64,000 bases of DNA from Lama glama (taxonomy: Eukaryota), in NCBI GenBank assembly GCA_028534125.1, contig CM052817.1:77254001-77318000 (forward strand), given 5' to 3'. A program made the position numbers and the translations under genes. Shown piece after piece: positions 1 to 12,622 of this stretch (its first letter is position 1; each line of letters begins with the position of its first letter). The notes under the pieces were generated by a model that ran no database searches, was not told the origin of the DNA, and saw nothing but the letters and a program-made list of their open reading frames with translations.

Positions 1-434
1 GTTTTGATAGAGTTAATGTTATGATGAAGAGGCTTGTTTCTCACTGGTATTTCTAGTTAAAAATTTTGCATTTTCCCACAGTAATACTGTCATCTTACTC
101 TTTGAAAGCAGGATTCTAGCTCTTGGCATCTTCCAAAATAGTGCTCTTCAAGGTGGATGATATACATCTATGAGTAAGTGGATACTTAAGTCAGCTACGT
201 ATTTTTTTGAAAGTTGTTGAATAAATGAATGAATGAGTGAATGTACATCTTTTATTCTTTAGTGTGAGAATGGCAACTACTGAAAAACCTGATTTTGTGG
301 AAGCTTTGTCTGATTTTTTTTAATGAGCAATTTATTTAAAGGGTAATTGGAAGAGTGATATATATGCTTTATGTGTGTGTGTTCCTATTTTTACCTGATA
401 TTATGTAGTAACCAGATGCCAATTCAAAAGATTC

Positions 435-610
435 TGTGGAAAAAACCATTGATTGAACTCTGGGAATCAAGAGACTTGAATTCTAGCCATGGGTCTAACT
501 TGACTTTATTCTGTGACCTTAACTATATCACTAAAACTATCTGGCTCTCAATTTCTCTGTTAATAAAAGGAAAGATTTAGAATACATGATTCTAAGGTTC
601 CTTTTAGCTA
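435..610 (+). mobile_element. MIR/MIR3 SINE relic
   Basis: Degenerate MIR core: ctgggaatcaagagacttgaattctagcc...ctgtgaccttaac...tctcaatttctctg...gattctaaggttcctttt. Confidence 0.65.
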
Positions 611-1469
611 GAGTCTGTTTTAAATCAAGAAGAGAATAGATGAAAGAAAACATCCATGAATGGTCATATTTTCTCTGTTAACTTGAAAAATAAAGCAGTA
701 TTTTCTGGAAAGGGCAATTCTTTATACAGTCTTTTATGGGACTTTTTTTCTCACTTCTCCAAATCATCATTTGCAGGATGTATATGTTATAAATAAATAA
801 ATAAGCAAAACAAAAACTCAAAAGGTATCAATTTCATGTGCTTGTTTGCTAGATTGTCCTTTTTTAATGCTGAAAAATATACTGCAAGGAATTACTACTG
901 AATTCATCATTTTATAATGATTCTTTTTTTTGGGGGGGGTAAATGCTTTATTCTTTCCCTTTCCTTATTTTTTTCTAAATAAAGAGGTAGTTCCCTAGCA
1001 TACACAAATGTAATCAACATGTTTTTAAAATATCGTTAAGAATTCATGAACTTAAATACAAATTGATGTTTTTGTAAATCTAACTTCTTTACTCAAACTA
1101 TAGATTCAACATGATTTTATAGCCTTTAAGTTTCATTTTCCTTACTCTACTAGAAACCCCAGAGAGACAGTGGCTAAAGATAATCACATAGAATGAAATC
1201 ACTCACTCTGACCTAGCTGTTCACTTCTCTGACAAATTCTAATTTGATGGGGGAAGAGGGAATGTGTTTGATATTCTTCATCTATTCTTTAAACCCCTCT
1301 TATTTGGGTAAATGTGTCAAAGGGAAAAAGGAGGCAGTCCTTGGTAAACTTGGACTTGATTAGCTTAGTTCCGCAACTCAAAGTGCAGTGTTTTGAATCA
1401 AATCATGGTTCTATCCCAAAAAAGGATTCAGGTCTGTTTTTTAAAAAATTAAAATAGAACTGAAAATGG

Positions 1470-1965
1470 CTTTTATTTTTGGATTATAAAAAAAAGGACA
1501 CATTGTCATTGTAGAAAAATTCAAATATTACAGAAAAGGATAAAAATAAAGTAAAAAATCATACCATCCAGAAATAACACATTATTAACCCTTTGGTGAA
1601 CAACTTCTCAGTCCCCTCTCTCTGCACACACACCAATTGACAATCACACTTACAGTCAATTCTGTGTAAAAAGAGTGGTACTAAATGTGCTTTCTTATTA
1701 AACACACAACATGAACATCTTTCCTTGTCAGTGAATCCTGATTTACATCATCTTTTTCGTGACTGCACAGTATTACATGGTATGGATTGACCATAATTTA
1801 TATAACTCATTCCCTACTGAACATATAAATTATTTATAATTTTTCACCATTACAGATAGTGCTGAGATGAATACTTTTGTATATCTAAAATATATTTGTG
1901 CACTTAAATGATCATTCCTATAGAACTAATTTGTAAATAGAATTACTAGTCTGAGAGTATGCTGT
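1470..1965 (-). mobile_element. Old L1M (L1ME/L1MC-like) 3' region relic
   Basis: Motifs typical of ancient L1 3' ends in antisense: gtagaaaaattcaaatattacagaaaag, gactgcacagtattacatggtatggat, tagaattactagtc. Confidence 0.6.
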
Positions 1966-2372
1966 ATTTTTTGGTGAAAATGAGTATTATCTGAATTAAT
2001 TTGGGGCCAACTGTTATATATAAAGAGAAATTTTCTTATCATGTACATGTCACTCATGATTATACTAGTCAGTATAATTCTTTTTGGCTGATAAAATAAG
2101 TAAATGTCAAGGTCACGTAATCTAGGTAACATTTTTATTCCTAAACATTTAAAAATACTGAAAGTGATTGGTAAGTTTTTAAAATATCATGAAAGAAAAT
2201 TTTTTGAGAGAAAAAAATTCCCACATGTTCCAGTTGTACTAAATTTCCAGATTGTTTCAGGATAAAATTTTTGCATAAAGATAATTAGTGCCTTATAAGT
2301 AATTGACAAGAAGGTATTAATGCCTAGGGAATCAGGGTTTGCAGCTTTCCATTGATTTATCAAAACAGTATA

Positions 2373-4077
2373 GTCAACCCAAAGCAATCTACAGATTTAA
2401 TGCAAACCCTATCAAATTACCCAGGACATTTTTCACAGAACTGGAACAAATAATCCTAAAATTTATATGGAATCTCAAAAGACCCAGGATTGCCAAAGCA
2501 ATACTGAAGGGAAAAGAATGAAGCTGGAAGAATAACCCTCCCAGAGTTCAGACAATATTACAGAGCTACAGTAATCAAAACAGCATGGTATTGGTACAAA
2601 AATAGACAAATGGATCACTGGAACAGAATAGAGAACCCAGAAATAAATCCACAAACTTTTGGTCAATTAATCTTTGACAAAGTAGGCAAGAATATACAAT
2701 GGAGTAAAGAGAGTCTTTTCAGGAAATGGTGTTGGGAAAACTGGACAGCTGCATATAAATTAATGAAATTAGAATACTCCCTTACAGCATACACAAAAAT
2801 AAACCCAAAATAGCTTAAAAACTTAAACATAAGACACTATAAACCTCTTAGAAGCAAACATAGGCAAAATATTATCTGACATAAATCTGAGCAATGTTCT
2901 TCTAGGGCAGTCTACCCAGGCAATAGAAATAAAAGCAAAAATAAACAAATGGGACCTAATTAAACTTACAAGCTTTTGCACAGCAAAGGAAACCATAAGC
3001 AAAACAAAAAGACAACCTACGGAATGGGAGAAAATATTTGCAAAAGATGAGACTGACAAGGGCTTAATTCCCAGAATATATAAACAGCTCATACAACTTA
3101 ATAATAAAAAATAAATAACCCAATCCAAACATGGGCAGAAGACCTAAACAAGCAATTCTCCAAGGAAGACATACAAATGGCCAATAGGCACATGAAAAAA
3201 TGCTCAATATCACTAATTATCAGAGAAGTGCAAATCAAAACTACAATGAGGTATCACCTCACACCAGTCAGAATGGCCATCATTCAAAAGTACACAAATG
3301 ACAAATGCTGGAGAGGCTATGGAGAAAAGGGAACCTTCCTGCACTGCTGATAGGAATGTAGGTTGGTGCAGCTATTACAGAAAACAGTATGGAGATTCCT
3401 TAAAAAATTAAAAATACACTTACCATATGACCCAACAATCCCACTTCTGGGTATATATCTGGAGGGAATTCTAATTTGAAAAGATACATGTACATCAGTG
3501 TTCATAGCAGCACTATGTACAATAGCCAAGACATGGAAACAACCTAAATGTCCATCAACAGATGACAGGATAAAGAAGAAGTGGTATATTTATACAATGG
3601 AATACTACTCAGCCATAAAAAGAATGAAATAATGCCATTTGCAACTACATAGATGGACTGGGAGATTGTCATTCTAAGTGAAGTAAGCAGAGAGAAAAAG
3701 AAAAAACACCATGTGATATATCACTTATTATGTGGAGTCTAAAAAAAAGACAAATGAACTTATTTACAAAACAGAAAGATTCACAGACATAGAAAACAAA
3801 CTTACGGTTACCAGGAGGGGAAGCAGGTGGAAAGGGATAAATTGGGAGTTAGAGATTTGCAGATACTAACTACTGTATATAAAATAGATAAACAACAAAT
3901 TTATACTGAATAGCACAGGGAATTGTATTCAATATCTTGTAGTAACCTATAATGAAGGAGAATGTGAAAATGAATATATGTATGTATATATATATATATA
4001 TGTGTGTGACTGAACTATTATGTTGTACACCAGAAATTGACACATTGTAAACTGGCTATACTTCAATTAAAAAAAAG
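2373..4077 (+). mobile_element. 5'-truncated LINE-1 (ORF2 C-terminal part, 3'UTR, poly-A); ORF2 disrupted
   Basis: Translations [31 protein letters not shown] and [25 protein letters not shown] are L1 ORF2; stops and frameshifts present; A-tail 4069-4076; TSD acagtata at 2365-2372 and 4078-4085. Confidence 0.97.
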
Positions 4078-6130
4078 ACAGTATACTCAGATAAATCAGA
4101 TTTTCAAAAACCTATCTTACAGAAATAAACTTTGCTCTCTCTTTTGAAAGATATGTCAAAATAGGTTGTGTACATGATAAAGCCATATATAAAATATAAA
4201 AAATGTGGTTATATCATTGTATTGTTTTCCTAAAGTTATAGGGTCAGTTTCAAGAGAAAGCTTACCTTTTAGGAAACACATCATTGAAATTTAGGTCCTA
4301 GACTTCGTGTTTTGGGTTTTAATTTATGAAAGAATTACAAAATGTATATTCAGTTTTTAATGTAGTTTATAAAATTTGGTTTTAATATAGTTAAAATTCC
4401 CTAACTAGTCTGGTTCTTAGAAGAAGATGAATTATTTTTAGAAGATTCCACATAATATAAAAGATTATATGTAAATAATATGAAGCATGGAGGAATGACC
4501 ACCTCTGGTTTACAGTTCCATTCTCTGTGCTACAGAGGAGCCCCTAGTCAGGCCCAGCACCTGGCCAGGAGCAGGGCCCCAGGAGGAATGATTCCGTGCT
4601 GAGATGTAAGCTCATGTGTACTCTTAGACATCCTTTAGGCATCAACAAAAAGCACTGCTGATTGTAAATTTGCCCTGAGAGAAGCAGAATATTAAAGATA
4701 AAGCTCTTTGTGTTGAAACATTCAAAGGTTGGAAACTTACATATATGTGACCATCTATTCCATGTACATGGCCTTTGGTTTAATTTTTTGGAGGCAATGG
4801 GGCTGGTCCTGAGTGAATCCAAGCTAAAGACGTGTCCATGGGGGTCATGACATAGAGTGGGTTACATGTTTGGGTGTGTGGAAGAGAGGAGAGCCTGTGG
4901 GAAATGGAGATGCCTTTTCCCCAGCCTTGCCCGGGACAACCTCTCACTCCAATAGTGGGAGAGTAGGTGGCAGCAATAGGAATTGTGTTCTGTGAAATGT
5001 AGGGTATTAGCTGTGCTAGCATCCAGGTGAGTGTGTGACACAACACTGTGGAGAGATGTGCTCTGGCCCTTCCTTCTCATACAGAGGAAGGGATGGCAAG
5101 GACTGGAGACATTGCAGTTTAACCCCTTGACGGTTTTGCAGCTCTACAGCTTTGTACACAGGAACCTAAATGCTCCTGGAAGAGAGGTAGCTTTGCCATA
5201 AGAGATTTCTGGAAACAGCAGTTGACAGAGGCAGACTGGATGAACAGTGGGCCACACTCATCCTTGGGAAGGCAGCTGCAGAAGGATGTGAGTGAACGTG
5301 TCCCTGAGCAGGGCGGAGGAGCTAGCAAAATTCAAGTTGTTAGTGTCCCTGGGGGCATTGTGATTACACTTTTATCTGTGTGGTTTCCAGAGAGCACCGC
5401 CTGGGTCCATATCTCTGACTCTTCAGAAAGTTGATGTCCATATTCCAAAAGCTATCTGTAAACTAAAATAATTGCAAGTGAGATGACTCAGCAGTTGCAC
5501 AATGGCATTTACTGATCCCTCAGGACATGCTCCCAGTCTCTCCCATTTGTTGAAGACAGATAACCTGAACATGACTATCCACCCCTCATTTTTTGGTTTT
5601 CCATTTCCAGAGTCTTGTGTTCTGCAATGACCCCCTAAATCATTAATCTAGCTCAAGTGCTGAGAGTTCTCCAGTTCCTTCCATGTTGCTGCTTTTTATC
5701 TTAGATTGACTTTTTTTTAGCAACACATGTTGCTGTTTTTCGTTGTTGTTTTAGTTCTAAAGGTTGCTGCAGGTGCGAGAGAAACCCTGACAGTGTAGCC
5801 CCAAAGGCTTATTACAAAGGATGCAGTGGAGAATGCAGACGCTATCACTCAGCTTGGCTTTTCCTTTTCTGTGCTAGGACTTTGTTTCTCCTCTGTCCCT
5901 TAATTTCCTTTTGACCTTGCAGAACATGCCTCTGCTCCTATCTAAGAGGAGGGTTGCACTGGAGATTTCCGTTTTCACAGCATTCAAAATCACTTAACCT
6001 TCATGAGCACAAACACTTAGGAATTACTTGCTTAATTTGTTATGTGTATGTTTATGGGAAGTATGGTGTTTTTAAGTATTCACAGTTTCTGCTAATTGAC
6101 AGGACAGGGAAAACCACACTGAACTCCAAT

Positions 6131-6184
6131 GGGGGAGAGCGAGAGAGCGAGAGCGAGAGCCAGCGAGAGCGAGAACGAGTGAGC
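6131..6184 (+). repeat. (GAGAGC)n-like purine-rich, CpG-containing short tandem repeat
   Basis: gggggagagcgagagagcgagagcgagagccagcgagagcgagaacgagtgagc. Confidence 0.85.
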
Positions 6185-6569
6185 CTTTAGGGACTAGGGC
6201 TTTGGGAGATTTTAACTACCCGTAAGTATTTCATAGAAAACCAACATTGTTTAAAAGCTTAGCCTGTGAGTGAATGTGTGTATGGAAAGAGGTGAGGGAA
6301 CCCAGTCCAATCGGTCGTTTTAAGCTAGGTTGAAGAAACATAGCACCAGAACAAATCTTTTCTTATCTCATGTAGCCATTCCTCCCCCAATAATCCTTCA
6401 AAATTTAGTTCAGTCCAGTTGTTTTCATGTATCTCTCTGCAAACAAAATATGAGTACTTCATTTTTCTGAAACTGTCAATGCCATGTATTGTCAATGCCC
6501 AAGCATTTGGTGCTTAATCATACACTTAATTTTTTTTGATTTTTCACGAGTGTGTGTTTTTTCCAAAGA

Positions 6570-6665
6570 AAATGCTAAGTTCCTTAAAGGCAGGGAGCAT
6601 GTTTTATATTTCTTTTATCTGATGGTTTCTTGCACATGAGAGACCCTCAATGAATATTTATTTAA
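6570..6665 (+). mobile_element. L2 3'-end relic
   Basis: taagttccttaaaggcaggga...ctcaatgaatattta resembles the L2 terminus. Confidence 0.55.
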
Positions 6666-6989
6666 GAGATCTATTCTGGATTTCCCTATGCATTGTCTGT
6701 CCTTGAGTCCCTTTGCTACAGAGTGCCACCTTTATTATAATACAAATAAAGGAAAGATAAGAAAGTATTTTGATTTAAGAAAACTCTAAAGGATATGAGG
6801 ATGGAATTCTGAGGCAAATTTATCTTTAACTTACTTAGATTTCAGATCATTTTTTGCTTTCCTTGCTTCTGTTACGGATAATTGGGAATTGCCTGCATTA
6901 TAACTGCATGAAATTTCTTGGTTATTTATTATTATGAATGGGTCACATAGTCCTCCTCTGCTTCTCTCTTATAAACTCCAGATGTATGT

Positions 6990-7360
6990 CTGAGATTAAT
7001 TCAGCCTTTGTTTTCCCCCTTCACCATTTGTTTTTCTATTGAATCTAGTCACTTTCAAGCAGTTGAAGTGGAAATATCACTATGTTCTCTGATGCCTGAT
7101 CCTTCGTTCTTCGATTGTTTTATTTTCTTCATGCATGCGTGAAAGTGTCTTGGCATGTTCTTGTACTAACACTGAAAACTCTACACTCTTTCTCCATAGT
7201 TTGCATGAAATTTCTGTGTCAGAGTCAAAGGAAAACTCTTTGCATGAGATGTCATAATGAAGGTCTTGCACGTCACCATCAAGGAAGGAGCTAACTAACA
7301 TTTAGAGCTCTTCATGTTATTAATTCTAGGAGTTGAGATGAGACATATACTAAAAATCAT
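6990..7360 (+). repeat. Copy 1 of a diverged local duplication (partner ~9565-9955)
   Basis: Manual alignment: the core from tcttggcatgttc to ggaaaactcttt matches copy 2 at about 80 of 95 columns; weaker homology extends into both flanks. Confidence 0.9.
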
Positions 7361-7614
7361 TTTGTTTACAAGTCCCATTTTCATCCAGAGACCCTTTTTT
7401 TCTCTCTTTATAACAGATCTATATACAATGAGAACACAGACTTACTTTTTTTAAAAGAGAAATTTCCCTTGGGGCGCAGACATGAATTGACAGGATTAAG
7501 TCTTGGTGCAGAATAAGATTGATTGCAGAATGGCAACAATTAAAAAATATGGGAAATATTAATGGGATCATAAAATCTTAGTATTGAAAGAGACATCTCA
7601 TTTGATACAACTTG

Positions 7615-7950
7615 CCCCTAGATGGAGGACTTCTTTTTGCAATATCACTAATAAACAACCCGCTTTTTAAAATATAGTTTTTGTCTTGGGACTCAATAAA
7701 ATCTAAAGAATTCATTGTTGGTCACCATTACTCCAAGAAAAAATTTCCTTATAGTTAGGTGAAATCTTCTGACTTGTAATTTCTACTCATTGACCCAAAC
7801 TCTGCCTTCAGTGAAGTACAGGACAGGTCTACTCCTTCCTACGACAGCTGTTCAAATAAAGACTTCTAGAAATGCCAGTCATTCTTTCCCTGTAACTTAC
7901 CCTTCTAATGGAATACATCTACCTTGGGGCCCTAGCTGTACCAGTAAATT
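7615..7950 (-). mobile_element. L3/CR1 LINE relic
   Basis: ttccttatagttaggtgaaatcttc...ctcattgacccaaactctgcc...gtctactccttcc..gacagc..ttcaaata matches the L3 pattern. Confidence 0.6.
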
Positions 7951-8361
7951 CAGAGTTCTGCATTTAATTTAAAAAAACCAATTTTATAAGGTGATGGGGT
8001 GATACCAGCTAGATAGTAGTTCAGAAAAATAAGACTTTAGGGTTTTATTTGGCTAAGCTTACTTTAATTAACACCAATATTAAGCAGTTATAAAATAACC
8101 TCAGACCGCATTAATAAGGGAAATGTTTAGCTAAACATATGGTTATTATTTTTGTTTATAGTTTCAATTTCACTGTAAGAATTTTTTTCATGTAATTTTC
8201 CAAATTGTGTCCATAAACATTAGGGAAGTTATTTCAGGGTAAAATCAACCACACTTCGCAGATTTATGGATTCTACCTAATTTTTAACATTGGCTTCTGA
8301 TACTCATTTTAATTCAGCAAGCATATTCACCACTTGTTTTGTGAAAAGTACTATTCTAGTA

Positions 8362-9108
8362 TGTTTTTCTCCAGTGCCACCAAGCGTCTCCTCATATTTC
8401 AGAAGACACTGACTGAGTGGCCTACAAATTTAACTCAATTCTGATTCTGTCAACCTAGAGATAGTGTCAGATCCCACAAGTTAAGTCTCAGTCCCATAAG
8501 ACTGCCCCTTCTTCAGAAGCCAGTTGCAAATCTGGATTGTTACCTGTGCTTCTGACTGGTTATAAATTGAAGGTTCCCAAGACTCTCTCTTAAGTTTGAT
8601 TAACTTGCTAGAGTAGCTCATAGAACTCAGAGCAACATTTAACTACGCTTACCAGTTTATTATGAAAGATATTGTAGAGGATATAGCTGAACAGCCAGAT
8701 GAAGAGGTACATAGGGCAAGGTCAGGAAGGGTCCTGGGTGCAGTTGCTTCTGTCCCTATGGAGTTAGGGTACACCACCCTCCCAGCAAGTGATGTGTTCA
8801 CCAACCTGGAAGCTTATCAAATCTTGTCATTCAAGAGTTTTTATAGAGTTTAATCTGCAGCACCCCCTTCCATTTCTCAGAAGTCAGTGGGTGAGGTTGA
8901 AATTTCCAGCCCTTTAATCACTTGCTCTTCCTGGTGACCAGCCCCCTCTTGAGGCTGTCTAGGCGGCCCACTCTAAGTCACCTCATTAGATAAAAAGCTC
9001 CTTATGAGTAACAAAAGACGCTCCTATCACTCAGGAAATCCCAACGATTTAGGAGTTTTGTGCCAGGTACTAGGGACAAAGACCAAATATATTTCTTATT
9101 ATACCACA
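8362..9108. mobile_element. Solo LTR, MER21-like
   Basis: TG...CA ends with agta on both sides; motifs aattctga..ctagagatagtgtcagatcccaca..tcagtccca.aagactgccc, ttgctagag..gctca.agaactcag and gggacaaagaccaaatatatttcttattataccaca. Confidence 0.85.
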
Positions 9109-9324
9109 AGTATGCTAGATTCTGGGGTGAATAAGACATTGTCTTTGCTCTTAAAAAAGTTAAACTTCCATGGGAGAGGCAGAGTCACAACTATTAAAGA
9201 AGGTGACAAGGTTTTAAAGAGAGGAATATATAATGTATTATGAAATAAAAATCATGAATAAATTAGTTCTGCATGTAGCATCAGGGGACAATACAGAGGA
9301 GTCACCATTCAAATTGGACCTTGA

Positions 9325-9440
9325 GAGTATGAAAACAAATATATGTATGTATATATATGACTGAACTATTATGCTGTACACCAGAAATTGACACAACATT
9401 GTAAACTAACTATACTTCAATTAAAAAAAAAACCCAAAAC
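9325..9440 (+). mobile_element. Short L1 3' end (same family as 2373-4077)
   Basis: Near-identical to 3960-4077 (gactgaactattatg.tgtacaccagaaattgacaca); A-tail; degenerate TSD aaattggaccttga / aaactggatattga (11/14). Confidence 0.92.
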
Positions 9441-9564
9441 AAACTGGATATTGAACTGGACAAAGACATCCAGGCCTAGGAAATACATTCAACATGGATA
9501 CAAGAGCATGCAAGAGTGTGGCTTGGTAAATGAACAGCAATCAACTTCAGAGACTAGCCTCTTC

Positions 9565-9955
9565 TGAGAAATTACTCAGTTCCCATGCTATAATGATCTC
9601 TTTTGTGAGTATTGGATAAATCTCACTGAATTATGTATAAGACAGAATTCAGTCAGATACTGTTCAGAATGACCCTCTTTGATGTTTGGGCCTTCTTTCT
9701 TTCATTGTTTTGTTCTTTATGCTTATATAGAAGCTCTTGGCATGTTCCTATGAGAACATTCAAAACTCTACACTCATTTTCCATAGTTTGCATTAAGTCT
9801 TTGTGTCAGATTCAAAAGGAAAACTCTTTATGAGAAAGGCTATAACGAAGGTCTTGCCAATCACTCTCTTGGAAAGTGTTATAAGATACCAAATTTTAGA
9901 ATCTCTTAAGTTTGTTAACTGAGAAGTTGAGAAGAACCAGGGATTAAAAGTCACT
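9565..9955 (+). repeat. Copy 2 of the diverged local duplication
   Basis: Direct alignment to 6990-7360. Confidence 0.9.
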
Positions 9956-11179
9956 ATCTTCTTCCCTTCAAATGCATCATCTTATTTCTTACAAACACTT
10001 TGTCTCAAATTTTCATTAAAGATTTTAAAACAGGAGACTGGCACGATCTGATGCATGCTTAGAAAGATAGTAACGTGGAGATGGATTGAAGGGCAGAGCT
10101 TGAAGGATGGAGAACAATTAGGGGGTGGTTATAATAACTCGAGTGAGACTCTAGAGTAGCTAAGAGCACTGGGGCTGAAAAAGAAGAGATACAGACAAAT
10201 TAGAAAGATACAGATGTAGATGGCAAGAATAGGGGAAGAGTGGACTGTAGTGTGGAGGTTTTATATTGGAAGACAAAGATGTAGGTAGCATTTACTGAAA
10301 GATTTCACAGGAGGGTGAGGAGCAGTTATGGGGAAAAGAAAATAAATTTAATTCTAAATAAATTGTATTTGAGTTATCTATTGGATACACAGAAGGCAAT
10401 ATGTAATGAAGAGTTAAGAGTGTGCGTCTGGGCTCAGGAGAGTGACCAGTACTAGAGATTATCTGGGGAAATAGCTAAAATACATGAAGCAAGAAGCAAA
10501 GAGGACAGAGGACAGAATCTTGGGGAAGACCAATATATACAGCTTGGGCAAGGAACAGGATGGTAAGACCATATATTTGTCAAGTAGGAGGTTTTGGGTG
10601 ATTGTTTCTTAATAGAATGCCAGGGATGGAAGCCACACAGTAGTTGAAGTGTGTAGAAGTGAACGGGAATTAGAGGAGAACAGGTGGAGATGCAAACATA
10701 GACGATTATATTTGAAGTTCAGCAGCAAAGAAAGAAAGTGAATAGGATGTGACGGGTGAGAAAACAGAAAAAAATGAAGATGGCATCTATTTGAGGGAAA
10801 AGATGTTCCAGGAAAGTGTTTTTTAAAATACTGGAAGGAGACAGAGAAAGACAAAGTAGTTACTCCTATAGCAAAGTTAGAGTTGTCTGGGAACGATTAA
10901 ATCCATTGAACTTAGTGCTAAATATGTTTATATTTTATATATTTTACTTTGATATTTGGAAGTATTCTTTAAGTAGTGTGAAATATTTGATGTACAAAAT
11001 CTGACAAAAGAACAGAAAAACAAACAAGGTCATTATTTGTTCTTTAAAAAAAATGCCTCCTAAAGTGTTTCAGCCATAAATTGTGAATTTTTATTTACTT
11101 AAATTAAAATTTATTTTTAATTTGGACAACAGGAGCACAGAATTGGAATAATTATAACTCTTGGTTCATAGCACATTTC

Positions 11180-12260
11180 TTAAGCTATTTTTAATAATGT
11201 CATACACACATATGACCCCCAATTCCCTAACCAAAAACTAAAAAAACCCTATATCTAACATTATGGGCTGGCACCTCTCAATATATCACTCTGCCTCTCC
11301 TGACTTGAGGTAAGCATCATCCTGAATTCTGTCTTCATCATTACTTGCCTTTCTTTTTATATAATTTTATTGAATATTTATGCACTCTTAACCAGTGTTT
11401 TAATTTTAGTTGCTTTTAACTTTATAAAAAAGACATCATGCTGTTGTAGTCTTTGGAGTCTTGGTTTTTCTTACTTAAGACATTGTCACAGGATAGATCC
11501 ACATGGCTGCAACTCATTTATTTGTTTTGTCTGATGTATAATATTCCACTGTGTGAGTATCCCACAGCTTATTTACCATTTTCTTGTCGAAGGGCATGTG
11601 GGCTGCCCCAGGTTTTTGCTGTTTTGAGCAGTGCTACTAGAATACGTCTTCTGTTGTATGTGGGCAAGGGCTTCTTTTTAGCTGTATTCCCAGGAGTGGA
11701 ATTGCTCATAGGTTTGTAAATGATCAGGTTTAGGAGAAAATGCCAAACTCTTTTTCAAACTGATGCATAATTTTAGAATTCTACCAGCAATGCATAAGGT
11801 ATATGTGGCTTCATGTCTTCTCCAACACTTGATCAGACTTTTTAACTTTTGCCATTCTTCTGTGTATAAAATGATCTCTTTGGGGTCCTGATTTGTATTT
11901 CTCCAATCACAGGTGATATGAATATCTCTTCACTTGTTTATTGTGTGTTTTCTCTTCAGTGAATTGCCTATTCATATCTTCAGAATATTTTTCTTTTAGA
12001 TTATTTGTGCTTTTTGTCGTGATTAGTACAAGTACTTTAGCTATTCTTCATATTAAACCTTGTCAGTTGGATGTATAGTGAATGACCTCCCAAATTGATA
12101 ACCTGTCTTTTCATGTTATTTAAGCTTTCAGTTTATGAACAACAATTTCAGTATAGCCAAGTGTATTAATTCTTTTCTTTTACAATTAATGCTTTTGGGT
12201 CTTGTTACAGAAATCTTTTATTATGCTGAAGTCTAAGAAATATACACGTATTTTCTATAA
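11180..12260 (-). mobile_element. Old L1M (L1MD/L1ME-like) relic
   Basis: Antisense L1 ORF2-end/3'UTR motifs: ccaggagtggaattgct, tgccaaactctttttcaa, ctccaacacttg, gtgaattgcctattcatatc. Confidence 0.8.
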
Positions 12261-12622
12261 GATCTTGGGTTTTCTAATTATTATTTAAAATGTTTTTTCT
12301 AAGATGTTTTACTAGATATATTTTTTATAATAAACTTTTAATTTTTCTTAAATAATGCTGTTCTTTAAATTCTAGAACACTCCTGCTGCTTTCAAAAAGC
12401 CTGTTTTAATCATCTTGGAGATTAGAAAAAATTTGGTTAAAAACAAACAACCCCCCCCTCAAATTCGGAAAATTCAACAATTCAGTATTGCAGTTCTCTA
12501 ATGAATAATGGCATCACAGTGTTGTGACAATAGCTGGGAATCAAGTTTTTTAAGTTTGAATTCTTCAGCTGTAGCTTTATTGTTTGGATAAGCAGGAAAG
12601 AATTTAGTAAAAACAAAAGCTG

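Larger units (their letters stand above)
8305..10850 (-). mobile_element. Fragmented L2, interrupted by an LTR, an L1 tail and duplication copy 2
   Basis: Collinear antisense L2 pieces at ~8305-8361, 9113-9324, 9455-9540 and 10010-10850. Confidence 0.7.

Noticed and set aside
2339..3700. L1 ORF2 as a functional gene
   Set aside because: 5'-truncated, with stops and frameshifts
7080..7301. 73-aa minus-strand ORF in duplication copy 1
   Set aside because: The same frame in copy 2 has a frameshift and stops, and no protein family is recognised
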